NCBI GenBank assembly: GCA_050174015.1
Contig: JBFXKG010000005.1
Span: 96,001-160,000 of the forward strand
Reading direction: 5' to 3'
Source of the DNA: Candidatus Krumholzibacteriia bacterium
Lineage (GTDB): Bacteria > Krumholzibacteriota > Krumholzibacteriia > LZORAL124-64-63
DNA length: 64,000 nt
In this document: piece after piece, positions 1 to 10,779 of the stretch
How positions within the stretch are numbered: the stretch's first letter is position 1
Layout: each line of letters opens with the position of its first letter
Program-made: the position numbers and the translations under genes
Notes under the pieces: generated by a model
The model's input: the letters and a program-made list of their open reading frames with translations, nothing else
Database searches by the model: none
Told to the model about the DNA's origin: nothing

Positions 1-989
1 CCGGCGAATCGGCCCCCGGGCCATTTGATCAGCAAGGGGACATGCACCGCTTCCTGGTACGGCAGGCTGTGGGTGAAGTAGAAACCGTGCTCCGTGAGGT
101 GTTCCCCGTGGTCGGACACGACGATGATCATGGCCTCGTCGTACAGACCCAGTTGCTCGAGTCCGAGCAGGACCTGGCCGACGTGGTCATCCACGTGGGT
201 CACACCGGCGGCGTATTGCTTGACGGGAAATTCCCAGTCGGTGACTCCCTCCAGCCAGTCGTAGATCCGGCTGTTCCGGCTCTCCTCCAGCAACCTGTTA
301 CGGTCCGACTTCAAGGTGGCCAGCAGGGGTTCGCCCGGTCCTTTCTCGTCACCCTCGTAGTAGAGCCGGTCGTACGGCGGGGGAGGCGTGTAGGGGGCGT
401 GGGCGTCGAAATAATGCAGGAACAGGAAGAAGGGTTCATCCCGGTGGGCGGCGGCGAAGGCGAGGCCCCCATCGGTGACGCTGCGGGAGGCCAGGCCCTT
501 GCCCTGGTCGAAGAAGCTCTCGGTTACGGCGAATCCCTGGGTCAGTCCGAAGATCCTGGTCAGCCAGCGGATGGTGACGAATGATGCCGTGGCGTAACCG
601 CAACCCTGAAGGGATTCTCCCAGGGTCGTGAACTGCTCGGCGAGGCGCCCGTAATCGCCGCCGATGAACCCGTGGTGATAGGGCAGCAGACCGGTCAGGA
701 TCGATGCGAAGGAGGGACCGGTCCACGGAGCGGTACTCTGGCAGCGGCGGAACAGCACGCCGTCGGTCGCCAGGCGATCGAGGTTGGGAGTCATGATGTC
801 CGGGTTGCCCCAGGCATGGACGTGGTCTCCCCGCACCGTATCGATCCCGATGAGAATCACCGGCGGGCGCGGAGCCGCGACCGGGTCCTCGGGGCTGCAC
901 CCGGCCAGGACCGGGACGATCAGCAGCAACATGGGCAAAATCCAGGTTCTGATGGCGCCGGCCTCCTTTCGGGTCCCATACTGGCCCAT
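1..989 (-). CDS. Sulfatase-like (alkaline phosphatase superfamily) lipoprotein; 3' end runs off the window
   Basis: Own translation, absent from the ORF track: ...MLLLIVPVLAGC (lipobox), VILIGIDTVRGDH, TPNLDRLA, APWTGPSFASILTG, FLHYFDAHAPY, VSDHGE, HVPLLIKWP. Alternative start at 932. Confidence 0.85.
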   Translation of the reverse strand, partial: MGQYGTRKEAGAIRTWILPMLLLIVPVLAGCSPEDPVAAPRPPVILIGIDTVRGDHVHAWGNPDIMTPNLDRLATDGVLFRRCQSTAPWTGPSFASILTGLLPYHHGFIGGDYGRLAEQFTTLGESLQGCGYATASFVTIRWLTRIFGLTQGFAVTESFFDQGKGLASRSVTDGGLAFAAAHRDEPFFLFLHYFDAHAPYTPPPPYDRLYYEGDEKGPGEPLLATLKSDRNRLLEESRNSRIYDWLEGVTDWEFPVKQYAAGVTHVDDHVGQVLLGLEQLGLYDEAMIIVVSDHGEHLTEHGFYFTHSLPYQEAVHVPLLIKWPGGRFA

Positions 990-1096
990 GGATGAGGTGG
1001 TGGCAAGGTTCCGGTCCTGGAAAAGAGGCGCCCCGGACATCCCGGCCCTGAGGCCAGATTTTCCGGGGCGCCGTCATTCCGGAAGAACCGACGAGC

Positions 1097-1714
1097 CTAC
1101 TTGTGGTCGGACAGGTACTTGGCCACGCCCTCGGCGGTCGGGACCATGGCGTCGTCGCCCTTCTTCCAGTTCGCCGGACACACCTCACCGTGCTTCTCCA
1201 GGTGCTGCAGGGCATCCACCAGCCGAATCATCTCATCGATGTTCCGGCCCAGGCCCAGGGCGTTGACCGTGCTGTGCTGGATGACCCCGTCCTTGTCGAT
1301 CAGGAAGGTGCCGCGCAGCGCCATCCCGCCCTCGAGCAGGAGGCCGTAGTCCTGGCTGATGGTCTTCTGGAAGTCGGCGACCAGGGGGTACTGGACGTTG
1401 CCGATGCCGCCGTTCTCGACCGGGGTGTTCTTCCAGGCCCAGTGGCTGAAGTGGCTGTCGGTCGAGACGCCGATGACCTCGCAGTGGCGGCTCTTGAACT
1501 CCTCCAGCTGCTTGTCGAAGGCGATGATCTCGCTCGGGCAGACGAAGGTGAAGTCCAGGGGGTAGAAGAACATGACGACGTACTTGCCGCGGTAGTCGGA
1601 CAGTTTGAAGTCGTTCTTGAAGGTGTTGTCCGGCATGACGGCCGTGGCGGTGAAGTCCGGGGCCTCCCCGGCGACCAGGGGCATGGGGATGAAGTCGAAG
1701 TCCATGTTGTCCAT
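1097..1714 (-). CDS. ahpC: 2-Cys peroxiredoxin (AhpC/TSA family)
   Basis: FYPLDFTFVCPSE and GEVCPANW motifs; AAGGAG RBS before the ATG at 1714. Confidence 0.95.
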   Translation of the reverse strand: MDNMDFDFIPMPLVAGEAPDFTATAVMPDNTFKNDFKLSDYRGKYVVMFFYPLDFTFVCPSEIIAFDKQLEEFKSRHCEVIGVSTDSHFSHWAWKNTPVENGGIGNVQYPLVADFQKTISQDYGLLLEGGMALRGTFLIDKDGVIQHSTVNALGLGRNIDEMIRLVDALQHLEKHGEVCPANWKKGDDAMVPTAEGVAKYLSDHK

Positions 1715-1791
1715 TGGTGGTCGTCTCCTTGTGGTGACTGGGTTTCGGCCGCCCGGGGGCGACGCGCTCGTTTGGGAGAAGAACGGGAGGG

Positions 1792-2214
1792 TCAGTGGCC
1801 ACCGGATTCGCCGGGACCGCGGGTGGCCGTCTTCCGGCATTCGGGGCAAAGACCGTAGTATTCCAGTCGATGCCCCTGGATCAGGAATCCGGCGGATTCC
1901 CGGGGCAGTTCGACCGGCGCGCTGGCGGTGGGAAGGTCCTTCACGCAGCCGCATCGCGTGCATCTGATGTGATCATGAGGTTCCATGTCCGCATCGAACC
2001 TGGCTTCGGCGCCGGAGAATTCCAGTTTGCGGATCCGACCTTCCTGGTGCAGGACTTCCAGGTTCCGGTAGACGGTGCCCAGGGAAATCCTCGGCAATCG
2101 TGATCTCACCTTGGTGAAAAGTTCGGCGGCCGTCGGATGGCGCTTGGTGGAGCAGAGTTCCTCGAGAATCACCGATCGCTGCAATGTGTTGCGACGGTTG
2201 GTGTTGGATCGCAT
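1792..2214 (-). CDS. Fur-family transcriptional regulator, probably PerR-like
   Basis: HPTAAEL, ISLGTVYRNL, HDHIRCTRCG, GLCPEC; directly upstream of the peroxiredoxin. Confidence 0.92.
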   Translation of the reverse strand: MRSNTNRRNTLQRSVILEELCSTKRHPTAAELFTKVRSRLPRISLGTVYRNLEVLHQEGRIRKLEFSGAEARFDADMEPHDHIRCTRCGCVKDLPTASAPVELPRESAGFLIQGHRLEYYGLCPECRKTATRGPGESGGH

Positions 2215-2267
2215 CCTGACTTCCTTCGGCTGCGGGTGAGGGCGAAATTCTCCGAAGCTCTAGGCCC

Positions 2268-2296
2268 AATTTAATAGGAATGATTATCGTTGTCAA
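2268..2296 (-). promoter_or_regulatory. Sigma-70 promoter with overlapping Fur/Per-type box
   Basis: Minus strand TTGACA-17nt-TAAATT; 2276-2294 AGGAATGATTATCGTTGTC matches the 19-bp Fur consensus at 14/19 positions. Confidence 0.7.
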
Positions 2297-2419
2297 ATTT
2301 TATTCGTGACTTCTCTCCGGCATTTTGTGGATTTTATTCCGGCCTGCCTTAAACCCTCGGGCCCCGGGGATCGTCTGTCAAGACGAAGAACACATCCACC
2401 GGTGACGGGAGATCGGACG

Positions 2420-3034
2420 ATGATCCAGCAAATCCGCCGGGACGGGCGCCCGATGCCCGGTGCGGCCTCCGACCAGGAACTGGTCGAGGGCAGCACGGGC
2501 GGGGATCGCGCGGCCTACGAGGAGATCTACCGCCGCTACTGCGGGCGCATCCACGGACTGTGCCTGCGCCTGACGGGCGATCCGGTGGAGGCCGAGTCCC
2601 TGACGCAGGACGCCTTCGTGCGCGGCTGGTTCGCTCTGGGGGGATTCCGGGGGCAGGGAAGCCTGGCGGGCTGGCTGTCACGCCTGGCGGTGAACCTCTG
2701 GCGGGATGGCTTGCGTTCCGGTAAGCGGATGAGGCGCCTGCAGGAAGGCCTGGCCCTCGAGGCCGGGGACGTGACGGGGGAGGGCTCCCTGGCAGCGGGC
2801 AGGAGCGGCGGCAACGTCGTGGCCCTGCTGACCGCGGTGGATCTCGAGCGCTGCCTGCCCAGGCTGCCCGAGGGGGCCCGGACGGTCTTCGTCCTTCATG
2901 ACGTGGAAGGTTACACTCACCGGGAGATCGCCGGCCTGCTCGAGGTGGCCACGGGCACGGTGAAGGCCCAGTTGCACAGGGTGCGGCGGCTCTTGCGGGA
3001 AATGCTGGACGCGGACAGGGGAGTCGAATCATGA
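2420..3034 (+). CDS. ECF RNA polymerase sigma factor
   Basis: AESLTQDAFVRGW and WLSRLAVN (region 2); LHDVEGYTHREIA and GTVKAQLHR (region 4); start uncertain (2420 or 2452). Confidence 0.92.
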   Translation: MIQQIRRDGRPMPGAASDQELVEGSTGGDRAAYEEIYRRYCGRIHGLCLRLTGDPVEAESLTQDAFVRGWFALGGFRGQGSLAGWLSRLAVNLWRDGLRSGKRMRRLQEGLALEAGDVTGEGSLAAGRSGGNVVALLTAVDLERCLPRLPEGARTVFVLHDVEGYTHREIAGLLEVATGTVKAQLHRVRRLLREMLDADRGVES

Positions 3035-3468
3035 ACGAAACCGAACGCGATCCGTTGCTGCGGGCGGCGGGGGAACTGAGGCGGAGGGGGGCGGCCCCTT
3101 CCCGCGACCTGTGGCCGGACATCGTCGCGGCCATCGACCGCCTGGAAGTCGGGGGGCTCCGGCCCGCCGCTGCGTCACGGAGCGCCCGGCGCTGGCCGCA
3201 TCTGGCCGCAGCCGCGGCGGTGACGGTCCTCTGCCTGATGGGTCCCCGCACCTATGGCCCCCCGGAGCATGGCGCCGGGGCGGCTCCCGCCGGGGGGCTT
3301 GCCGCCGTGGATCAGGCGCTGACCGAGGTCCTGACCGCCCTGGAACGGGACCCGGCGAATCCGAACCTGAACCATCTCGCCCGCCGACTCCACCGGTCGA
3401 GGGCGGAGGTGTTGCTCCTGGAATCGGCGGCCCTCGGCAGGACCGCCCTGATGGATCTTGATCCCTGA
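3031..3468 (+). CDS. Putative single-TM anti-sigma factor
   Basis: ATGA overlap with the ECF gene; PSRDLWPDI, one hydrophobic helix, ALERDPAN C-terminal helical region. Confidence 0.65.
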   Translation: MNETERDPLLRAAGELRRRGAAPSRDLWPDIVAAIDRLEVGGLRPAAASRSARRWPHLAAAAAVTVLCLMGPRTYGPPEHGAGAAPAGGLAAVDQALTEVLTALERDPANPNLNHLARRLHRSRAEVLLLESAALGRTALMDLDP

Positions 3469-3507
3469 CGAAACCATCCGGCTCCGCCGGAAACACCGAG
3501 GAGGACG

Positions 3508-4416
3508 ATGATGAGAAAGCATGGGATGGCCGCGGCCGGATGGGGCACGGGTCTGGCCGTGATCCTGATGATCATGACGGGCGCCGTCTTCGCCGAGGAA
3601 CGGACGGTCCACAAGTCGGGGCCGGCGGATTCCGACGGCCGGGTACGGATCGAGAACATCGCCGGATCCATCGTGGTCGAAGGCTGGGACCGCGACGAGG
3701 TTCAGCTCGACGCCGTCCTGGGCGACGACGTCGAGGATCTCGAGTTCGAATCCGGGGCCGGCACCAAGATCGAGGTCATCTACCCCCGGCACGGCCGGAA
3801 CATCGACGAGGGCGCGGACCTGACCATCAAGGTCCCCAGGGGAAGCAGGGTGGAGATCGACGGCGTCAGCTCCACCATCACCGTGGAGAAGGTGACCGGG
3901 GCCGTGTTCGCCGCATCGGTCAGCGGCACGGTGACCGTGTCCGGGACCCTGAAGGAGGTGTCCGCCGAGACCATCAGCGGCGACCTGGACCTGGACGTGG
4001 ACTGTCCCGTGGTTTCCACCGAGTCCATCAGCGGGGAGATCCTGGTGCGGGGGCGCATCCTCAAGCTCGGCGCCTCCACGGTGTCGGGAGACCTCGACCT
4101 GGCGGCCGAGCGGTTCATCGAACTCGATCTGCAGTCGGTGACCGGGGACGTCGACGTCGCCGGGGATTTCGATCCCTCCGGTTCCTTCACCTTCGACCTG
4201 CACGGCGGGGATCTGACCCTGTCGGTGCCTGGCAGCCTGGATGCGGACCTGGAGATCGAGACCTTCACCGGGGACATCGAGGATGATTTCGGGGGCAAGG
4301 TGGAGCGGAGCAGCGAGTACGGGCCGGGCAAGGAGATGTCCCTGACGCTGGGCGCCGGCAAGGCGCGCGTCCGGATCAGCACCTTCAGCGGGGACGTGAA
4401 GATCAACAAGCGCTGA
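3508..4416 (+). CDS. DUF4097-type beta-strand-repeat secreted protein
   Basis: Signal peptide; repeated SVSG/TISG/SISG/TVSG/TFSG-D-[VL] units. Confidence 0.85.
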   Translation: MMRKHGMAAAGWGTGLAVILMIMTGAVFAEERTVHKSGPADSDGRVRIENIAGSIVVEGWDRDEVQLDAVLGDDVEDLEFESGAGTKIEVIYPRHGRNIDEGADLTIKVPRGSRVEIDGVSSTITVEKVTGAVFAASVSGTVTVSGTLKEVSAETISGDLDLDVDCPVVSTESISGEILVRGRILKLGASTVSGDLDLAAERFIELDLQSVTGDVDVAGDFDPSGSFTFDLHGGDLTLSVPGSLDADLEIETFTGDIEDDFGGKVERSSEYGPGKEMSLTLGAGKARVRISTFSGDVKINKR

Positions 4417-4440
4417 GCGACCCCTGTTCAGGAGATGAAG

Positions 4441-4464
4441 GAGGGCGGCCCGGCGGCCGCCCTC
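4441..4464. terminator. Hairpin between convergent genes
   Basis: GAGGGCGGCC-cggc-GGCCGCCCTC. Confidence 0.55.
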
Positions 4465-4495
4465 TCCTCTACCCGGGGGAACGGGAGGATCCGGG

Positions 4496-5083
4496 TCAGT
4501 AGGCCAGCCAGCTGATGGTGACCATCAGGTTGCTGATGCTCACCTCCATGCCCATCTCCTCGAAGACCTTCGCGTTCATGTAGGTGCCCTCGATGATCCA
4601 GTTGCGGGCGAACTCGTAGCCGACGCCGGCGGTGAAACCGACGCCGGATTCCGATTCATCGGCCTCGCTGTCCATCAGGACGCCGAGCCCGAGGCCTCCC
4701 GAGAAGAAGAACGAGGGCGCTTCGGGTTCGAGGAAGTAGCTGACCCCCACCGCCGACATGCCGTTGATGTAGTCCGCTTCGAGGGTCGTGGGACCGAGGA
4801 AGGGGTCGGTGTAGGTGACCTCCATGGTATGGAAAAGCGTCCGGTTGGTGTAATAGATGAGCATTTGAGGGTTGACGCCGCCCCCGATCTTGAAGTCCCC
4901 GCCGAAGCCGGTTGCATCCAGGGAGACCTCGACACCCGAGGCGGAGGCCGTCTGCTTGGCCTGCCCGAACCCGGCGCCGAGATTGAGCATGAATCCCTGC
5001 CGGTCGCCGTCGAACCCCAGGGAGGGCGCGGCCATGGCCAGCGAGACCAGGACCACGATCGATAACGTGATTATTCTTTTCAT
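4496..5083 (-). CDS. Outer-membrane beta-barrel protein (small, OmpA-like barrel)
   Basis: Signal peptide MKRIITLS..., alternating strands, GVGYEF, aromatic C-terminus ISWLAY. Confidence 0.75.
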   Translation of the reverse strand: MKRIITLSIVVLVSLAMAAPSLGFDGDRQGFMLNLGAGFGQAKQTASASGVEVSLDATGFGGDFKIGGGVNPQMLIYYTNRTLFHTMEVTYTDPFLGPTTLEADYINGMSAVGVSYFLEPEAPSFFFSGGLGLGVLMDSEADESESGVGFTAGVGYEFARNWIIEGTYMNAKVFEEMGMEVSISNLMVTISWLAY

Positions 5084-5168
5084 GTTATTCCTTTCCCATG
5101 ATGGAATGGACATGTTCCCCGGACGGGATGGTATTCCAGGTGGAAAGGCGTTGTCATTCGAAAACATG

Positions 5169-5199
5169 AAAAAAACCCCGGGCCTGGGGCCCGGGGTTT
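5169..5199 (-). terminator. Intrinsic terminator of the porin gene
   Basis: AAACCCCGGGC/GCCCGGGGTTT stem followed by a T7 tract on the minus strand. Confidence 0.8.
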
Positions 5200-5221
5200 G
5201 GTCGTCCCCTTCAGGAAGCGA

Positions 5222-6379
5222 CTAGAACTTCTTGATCATGCCGGTGCTGATGCCCCAGGGATCGTTGGTCGCCTCGCCGGCGTCCGCGGGGTAGGGGAAC
5301 ATCCGGGTGCCGTGACCCTCGCCACCCACGGGGAAGCTGGTGGTCTCGCCGTTGTTGGTCAGCACGAACTGCGTGTAGAAGGTCGTGCTCTTGTCGAAGG
5401 TGTGGTCGATGCCCATGGCGAAGAAGCTGGCGTCGTCGTCATCCATGTCGGTGTTGGGGTCGAACCCGTAGAACTGACCCTTGACGGCGTACTTCTCGTT
5501 CATGGTGTAGCGGGCGCCGATGCCCCAGGTCTGGGTGTTCAGGTCGCCGCTGACCAGGGTGCTGTTCTCCATGTAGGAGTACATCTTGCCGTTGCGGTTC
5601 TGCAGCATCTGGTACAGGGCGGCGATCTCCAGGTCGCCGGCGGTGTACTTGCCGACGAAGCGCATGCCGATGGCGTCCTCGACGTCGAAGTCGGCGGGCA
5701 CGGCCGGGACCCACACGTTCTGGTACTGGTCCTGCGGCATCCAGTAGCCGGGCACCTCGGGGGTGGCGAAGTTGTTCTTCTGGATCAGCTCGTAGGCGGC
5801 TCCGAAGAAGAAGCTGTCGTTGTTGTAGGTCGCGCTGGCGCTCATGGCGCCGGTGTCGGCCATGGTGACGTCGTTCTTGAACTGGTAGGCGCCGGTCAGG
5901 GCGAAGCCGCTGTAATCGGGGGTGCCGTACATGATGACCTTGTCCATGCGGCGGTCCCAGCCGAAGGTGACCTGGCGGAAGTCGCCCAGCTCGTCCTTGA
6001 AGAAGTCGACCTTGCGGCCGATCATCTTCATGGGGGTGTCGTGGATGCCGGCCTTCATCCAGCCCCAGTCGCCCTTGAGGCCCAGGAAGGTGTTCCGGTT
6101 GGCGAGCAGCCCCTTGGTGTCCTTCACCGTCAGGTTCATGAAGCTCTCGAACTGCCAGATGAAGGTGAAGTTGTCGTTCAGTTCCTGGGCGCCCTTGATG
6201 CCGAAGCGGGACGTGTTGCTCGCCAGCACCAGCTCGGTGGAGTCGCCGTTGTTCAGGGCGTCGAGGGAGACGTGGAGATGACCATACACCGTGTAGGGCG
6301 CATCACCGGCGTTGGCGGTCATGGCGGCGAAAGCCACGAGCATGACCAGCATCATGGTAACCATCTTCTTGTTAATCAA
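5222..6379 (-). CDS. Gram-negative porin (Porin_4/OmpC-like)
   Basis: TTG start after AAGGAGG; signal peptide; TVYG, SRFGIKG, FIWQFE, NRNTFLGLKGDWG; C-terminal Phe. Confidence 0.9.
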   Translation of the reverse strand: MINKKMVTMMLVMLVAFAAMTANAGDAPYTVYGHLHVSLDALNNGDSTELVLASNTSRFGIKGAQELNDNFTFIWQFESFMNLTVKDTKGLLANRNTFLGLKGDWGWMKAGIHDTPMKMIGRKVDFFKDELGDFRQVTFGWDRRMDKVIMYGTPDYSGFALTGAYQFKNDVTMADTGAMSASATYNNDSFFFGAAYELIQKNNFATPEVPGYWMPQDQYQNVWVPAVPADFDVEDAIGMRFVGKYTAGDLEIAALYQMLQNRNGKMYSYMENSTLVSGDLNTQTWGIGARYTMNEKYAVKGQFYGFDPNTDMDDDDASFFAMGIDHTFDKSTTFYTQFVLTNNGETTSFPVGGEGHGTRMFPYPADAGEATNDPWGISTGMIKKF

Positions 6380-6765
6380 CTTGGACCTCCTTGAAATCCA
6401 TCCATGGGATTTTCCCCGGCGAGCGAGACCGCCGGGAAATCGATCGCACCTCTCCGAACGTCGACATGTCCGCCGGATCGGAAGGATCGGCGGGACACGG
6501 AACCGCCACGGCTGTGGCACTCTCCTTAGTGTTTCGCCGCAACTTCAGCGGCCTCGAAGCGAGCCGGGCTCCCGACACAAATCACCGACCACCCGTCCGG
6601 ACCGGCCGGACAGGACGAGGACGGATGATCATTCTGGTGCCAGAGCGCATCTACCTCTCACCGGACGGCAGGGTAACCCAGAGCCCCCTCCACCGGATCG
6701 ATCGAGGCCATGCCCGAAGCACGACCTGGGCCTGGATGCCATCATCTACGGAAACCAAAGATCCT

Positions 6766-6808
6766 GTCAACCTGATCTTGATGACTCGATCCGGTCAACC
6801 TGATCTTG
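6766..6808. repeat. 15-bp exact direct repeat, probable regulator-binding site upstream of the porin
   Basis: GTCAACCTGATCTTG at 6766-6780 and 6794-6808; the first copy overlaps a minus-strand TTGACA (6765-6770). Confidence 0.7.
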
Positions 6809-7037
6809 GGTTTCCGCAACCCGACAGGGAAACGGTATCCCAGCCCGACCAGCACCTAGATTAATGGTTGCTTTCCGCGGATCAACCCTTTTCTGCAATC
6901 CGCCCCGGCATTTTTTGGGTTGCCGGAGCCCCCCGATTTTCGGCCTGGTTCCCGGTTTTCGAGTGATTCCCTGGCCGTTGACGGTTATCCTGGTCGGCAT
7001 TCCCCAGCGGATTCGTCCTCCTTCGATCGGAAGGTCC

Positions 7038-8825
7038 ATGGCGCGCCACGTTCACCTCGGGATCCTGTTCGGCCTGCTGGCGTCCTGCGCCAGGGCCGAC
7101 GCCACGCCGGCCCTGCAGACGCCCTTCGAGGATTCGGGAGGCAGGGAAACGCCGACCTACGCCGAGACGGTGAGCTGGTGCAGGGATCTGGCGGAGTCCT
7201 CGCCCCTGGTCTCCTACCGGGAGTTCGGTCTCAGTCCCCAGGGGAGGGCCTTGCCCCTGGTGGTCGCCGACCGGGACGGCTTCGCCGATCCGGACGCCTG
7301 CCGGCGGGGAGGGGATCAGGTCATCCTCCTGGTCCAGGCCTGCATCCACGCCGGGGAAAGCTGCGGCAAGGACGCCGGCATGCTCCTGCTGAAGGACCTC
7401 GCCGCCGCCGACGGTCCGGCGCGCGCCCTGCTGGACAACGTCACGCTCCTGTTCATCCCCATCTTCAACGTCGACGGCCACGAGCGGTTCGGCCCCTACA
7501 ACCGCGTCAACCAGAACGGGCCCCGGGAGATGGGTTGGCGGACGACCGCGCAGAACCTCAATCTCAACCGGGATTTCCTCAAGGCCGACGCCCCGGAGAT
7601 GCAGGCCTGGCTGGGACTGTGGAACGCGTGGTCGCCGGACTTCTTCATCGACGTCCACAGCACCGACGGGGCCGACTACCAGTACGCGATCACCTACAGC
7701 CTGGAGACTCACGGGAACCTCGATGCGGGCCTGACCACCCTGGTCCAAACCTACGAAGACCGCATGAACCGGGACATGGCGGCCGACGGGTTTCCCATGA
7801 TCCGCTACGTCTCCTTCCGGAACTGGCACGACCCGCGCAGCGGCCTGCAGGCGTGGGCCGCCGGTCCCCGGTTCAGCCAGGGTTACGCCGCGGTGCGCAA
7901 CCGTCCGGGACTGCTGATCGAGACCCACATGCTCAAGGACTACGCCAATCGTGTGGAGACCTCGGGACTGCTGGTGAGGCACACGATGGCCTGGCTGAAC
8001 GAACACGGCGCGGAACTCAGGGCCGCGGTCGAGGCCGCCGACCGGGCCGCCGCCTCGCCCGGTTTCAGGGACCGGCCGTTCCCCCTGACCTTCCAGCGGA
8101 CCGATTCCTGCCGGACCATCGATTTCCTGGGAGTGGCCTACGAAACGGTGACCGGCGAGGTGACGGGGGGCGACTACAACCGCTTCGGCGCCGAGCCCGA
8201 GATCTGGAAGGTGGACTACTACGACGTCGTCGAACCGGACGAGACGGTGATCCTGCCGGCTGCGTACCTGGTGCCCCCCGAATGGACGGCGGTCCTGGAG
8301 AGACTCCGGTGGCACGGCGCGCAGTTCCGGCGTCTGGCCGCGCCGGTGGACCTGGAAGTCCGGACCTACCGCTTCGGAAGCGCGACCTGGGGGCGGCGTC
8401 CCTACGAGGGGCGCAACACGGTGGAGTTCGAGATCGCCGCGGGAACCGAAACCCTGACCTTTCCGGCGGGATCGGCCGTGGTCTCCCTGGCCCAGCCGGC
8501 GGCGCGGGCGATCGCCCACCTGCTCGAGCCGGAAGGACCCGATTCCCTGGCGCGCTGGGGATTCTTCACCGCGGTGTTCGACCGTGTGGAGTACGTCGAG
8601 TCCTACGTCATCGAGGCCATGATCCCGCAGATGCTGGCCGAGCGCCCGGAACTCGCCGCCGAGCTGGAGGCGGCGAAGGCCGCCGATCCGGTGTGGGCGA
8701 AGGAGCCCTGGAACCTCAGGATGTGGTTCTACGAGCGCACGCCCTATTACGACGGACGCGCAGGCCTGTACCCGGTCGGCCTGCTCGACGACCCGACGGT
8801 CCTGGAATCGTTACCCCTCGACTGA
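7038..8825 (+). CDS. M14 family zinc carboxypeptidase, secreted
   Basis: IHAGE, FNVDGHE, NLNRDF, IDVH, LIETH motifs; N-terminal signal. Confidence 0.92.
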   Translation: MARHVHLGILFGLLASCARADATPALQTPFEDSGGRETPTYAETVSWCRDLAESSPLVSYREFGLSPQGRALPLVVADRDGFADPDACRRGGDQVILLVQACIHAGESCGKDAGMLLLKDLAAADGPARALLDNVTLLFIPIFNVDGHERFGPYNRVNQNGPREMGWRTTAQNLNLNRDFLKADAPEMQAWLGLWNAWSPDFFIDVHSTDGADYQYAITYSLETHGNLDAGLTTLVQTYEDRMNRDMAADGFPMIRYVSFRNWHDPRSGLQAWAAGPRFSQGYAAVRNRPGLLIETHMLKDYANRVETSGLLVRHTMAWLNEHGAELRAAVEAADRAAASPGFRDRPFPLTFQRTDSCRTIDFLGVAYETVTGEVTGGDYNRFGAEPEIWKVDYYDVVEPDETVILPAAYLVPPEWTAVLERLRWHGAQFRRLAAPVDLEVRTYRFGSATWGRRPYEGRNTVEFEIAAGTETLTFPAGSAVVSLAQPAARAIAHLLEPEGPDSLARWGFFTAVFDRVEYVESYVIEAMIPQMLAERPELAAELEAAKAADPVWAKEPWNLRMWFYERTPYYDGRAGLYPVGLLDDPTVLESLPLD

Positions 8826-8857
8826 CCAGGGGCCGGACCGGGGCGCCAGGCGGGCCG

Positions 8858-8930
8858 TAGAGACAGGAACCCCCGGGGAACGTTCCGAAGGGCGTCAGCC
8901 CGAAGAGTTCCCCGGGGGTTCCTGTCTCTA
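8858..8930. repeat. REP/REPIN-like long palindrome between convergent genes
   Basis: Perfect 24-bp arms TAGAGACAGGAACCCCCGGGGAAC (8858-8881 and 8907-8930) with a 25-nt interior. Confidence 0.8.
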
Positions 8931-8949
8931 GGACCGATCGTGGCCCCGG

Positions 8950-10629
<1,680 letters not shown>

Positions 10630-10779
10630 GGGTACGGACACCCGCCTTTCGCGGATCGGTTGTTCCAGTCCTGGATTCGCCACGATATATTCGGTGCTCC
10701 CGCCGACTTCGGCAACCCGAATCCCCGGAAACCGTACCAAGGGGATGGGGCTGAACCCACACGAACGGGAGACGGGTAC

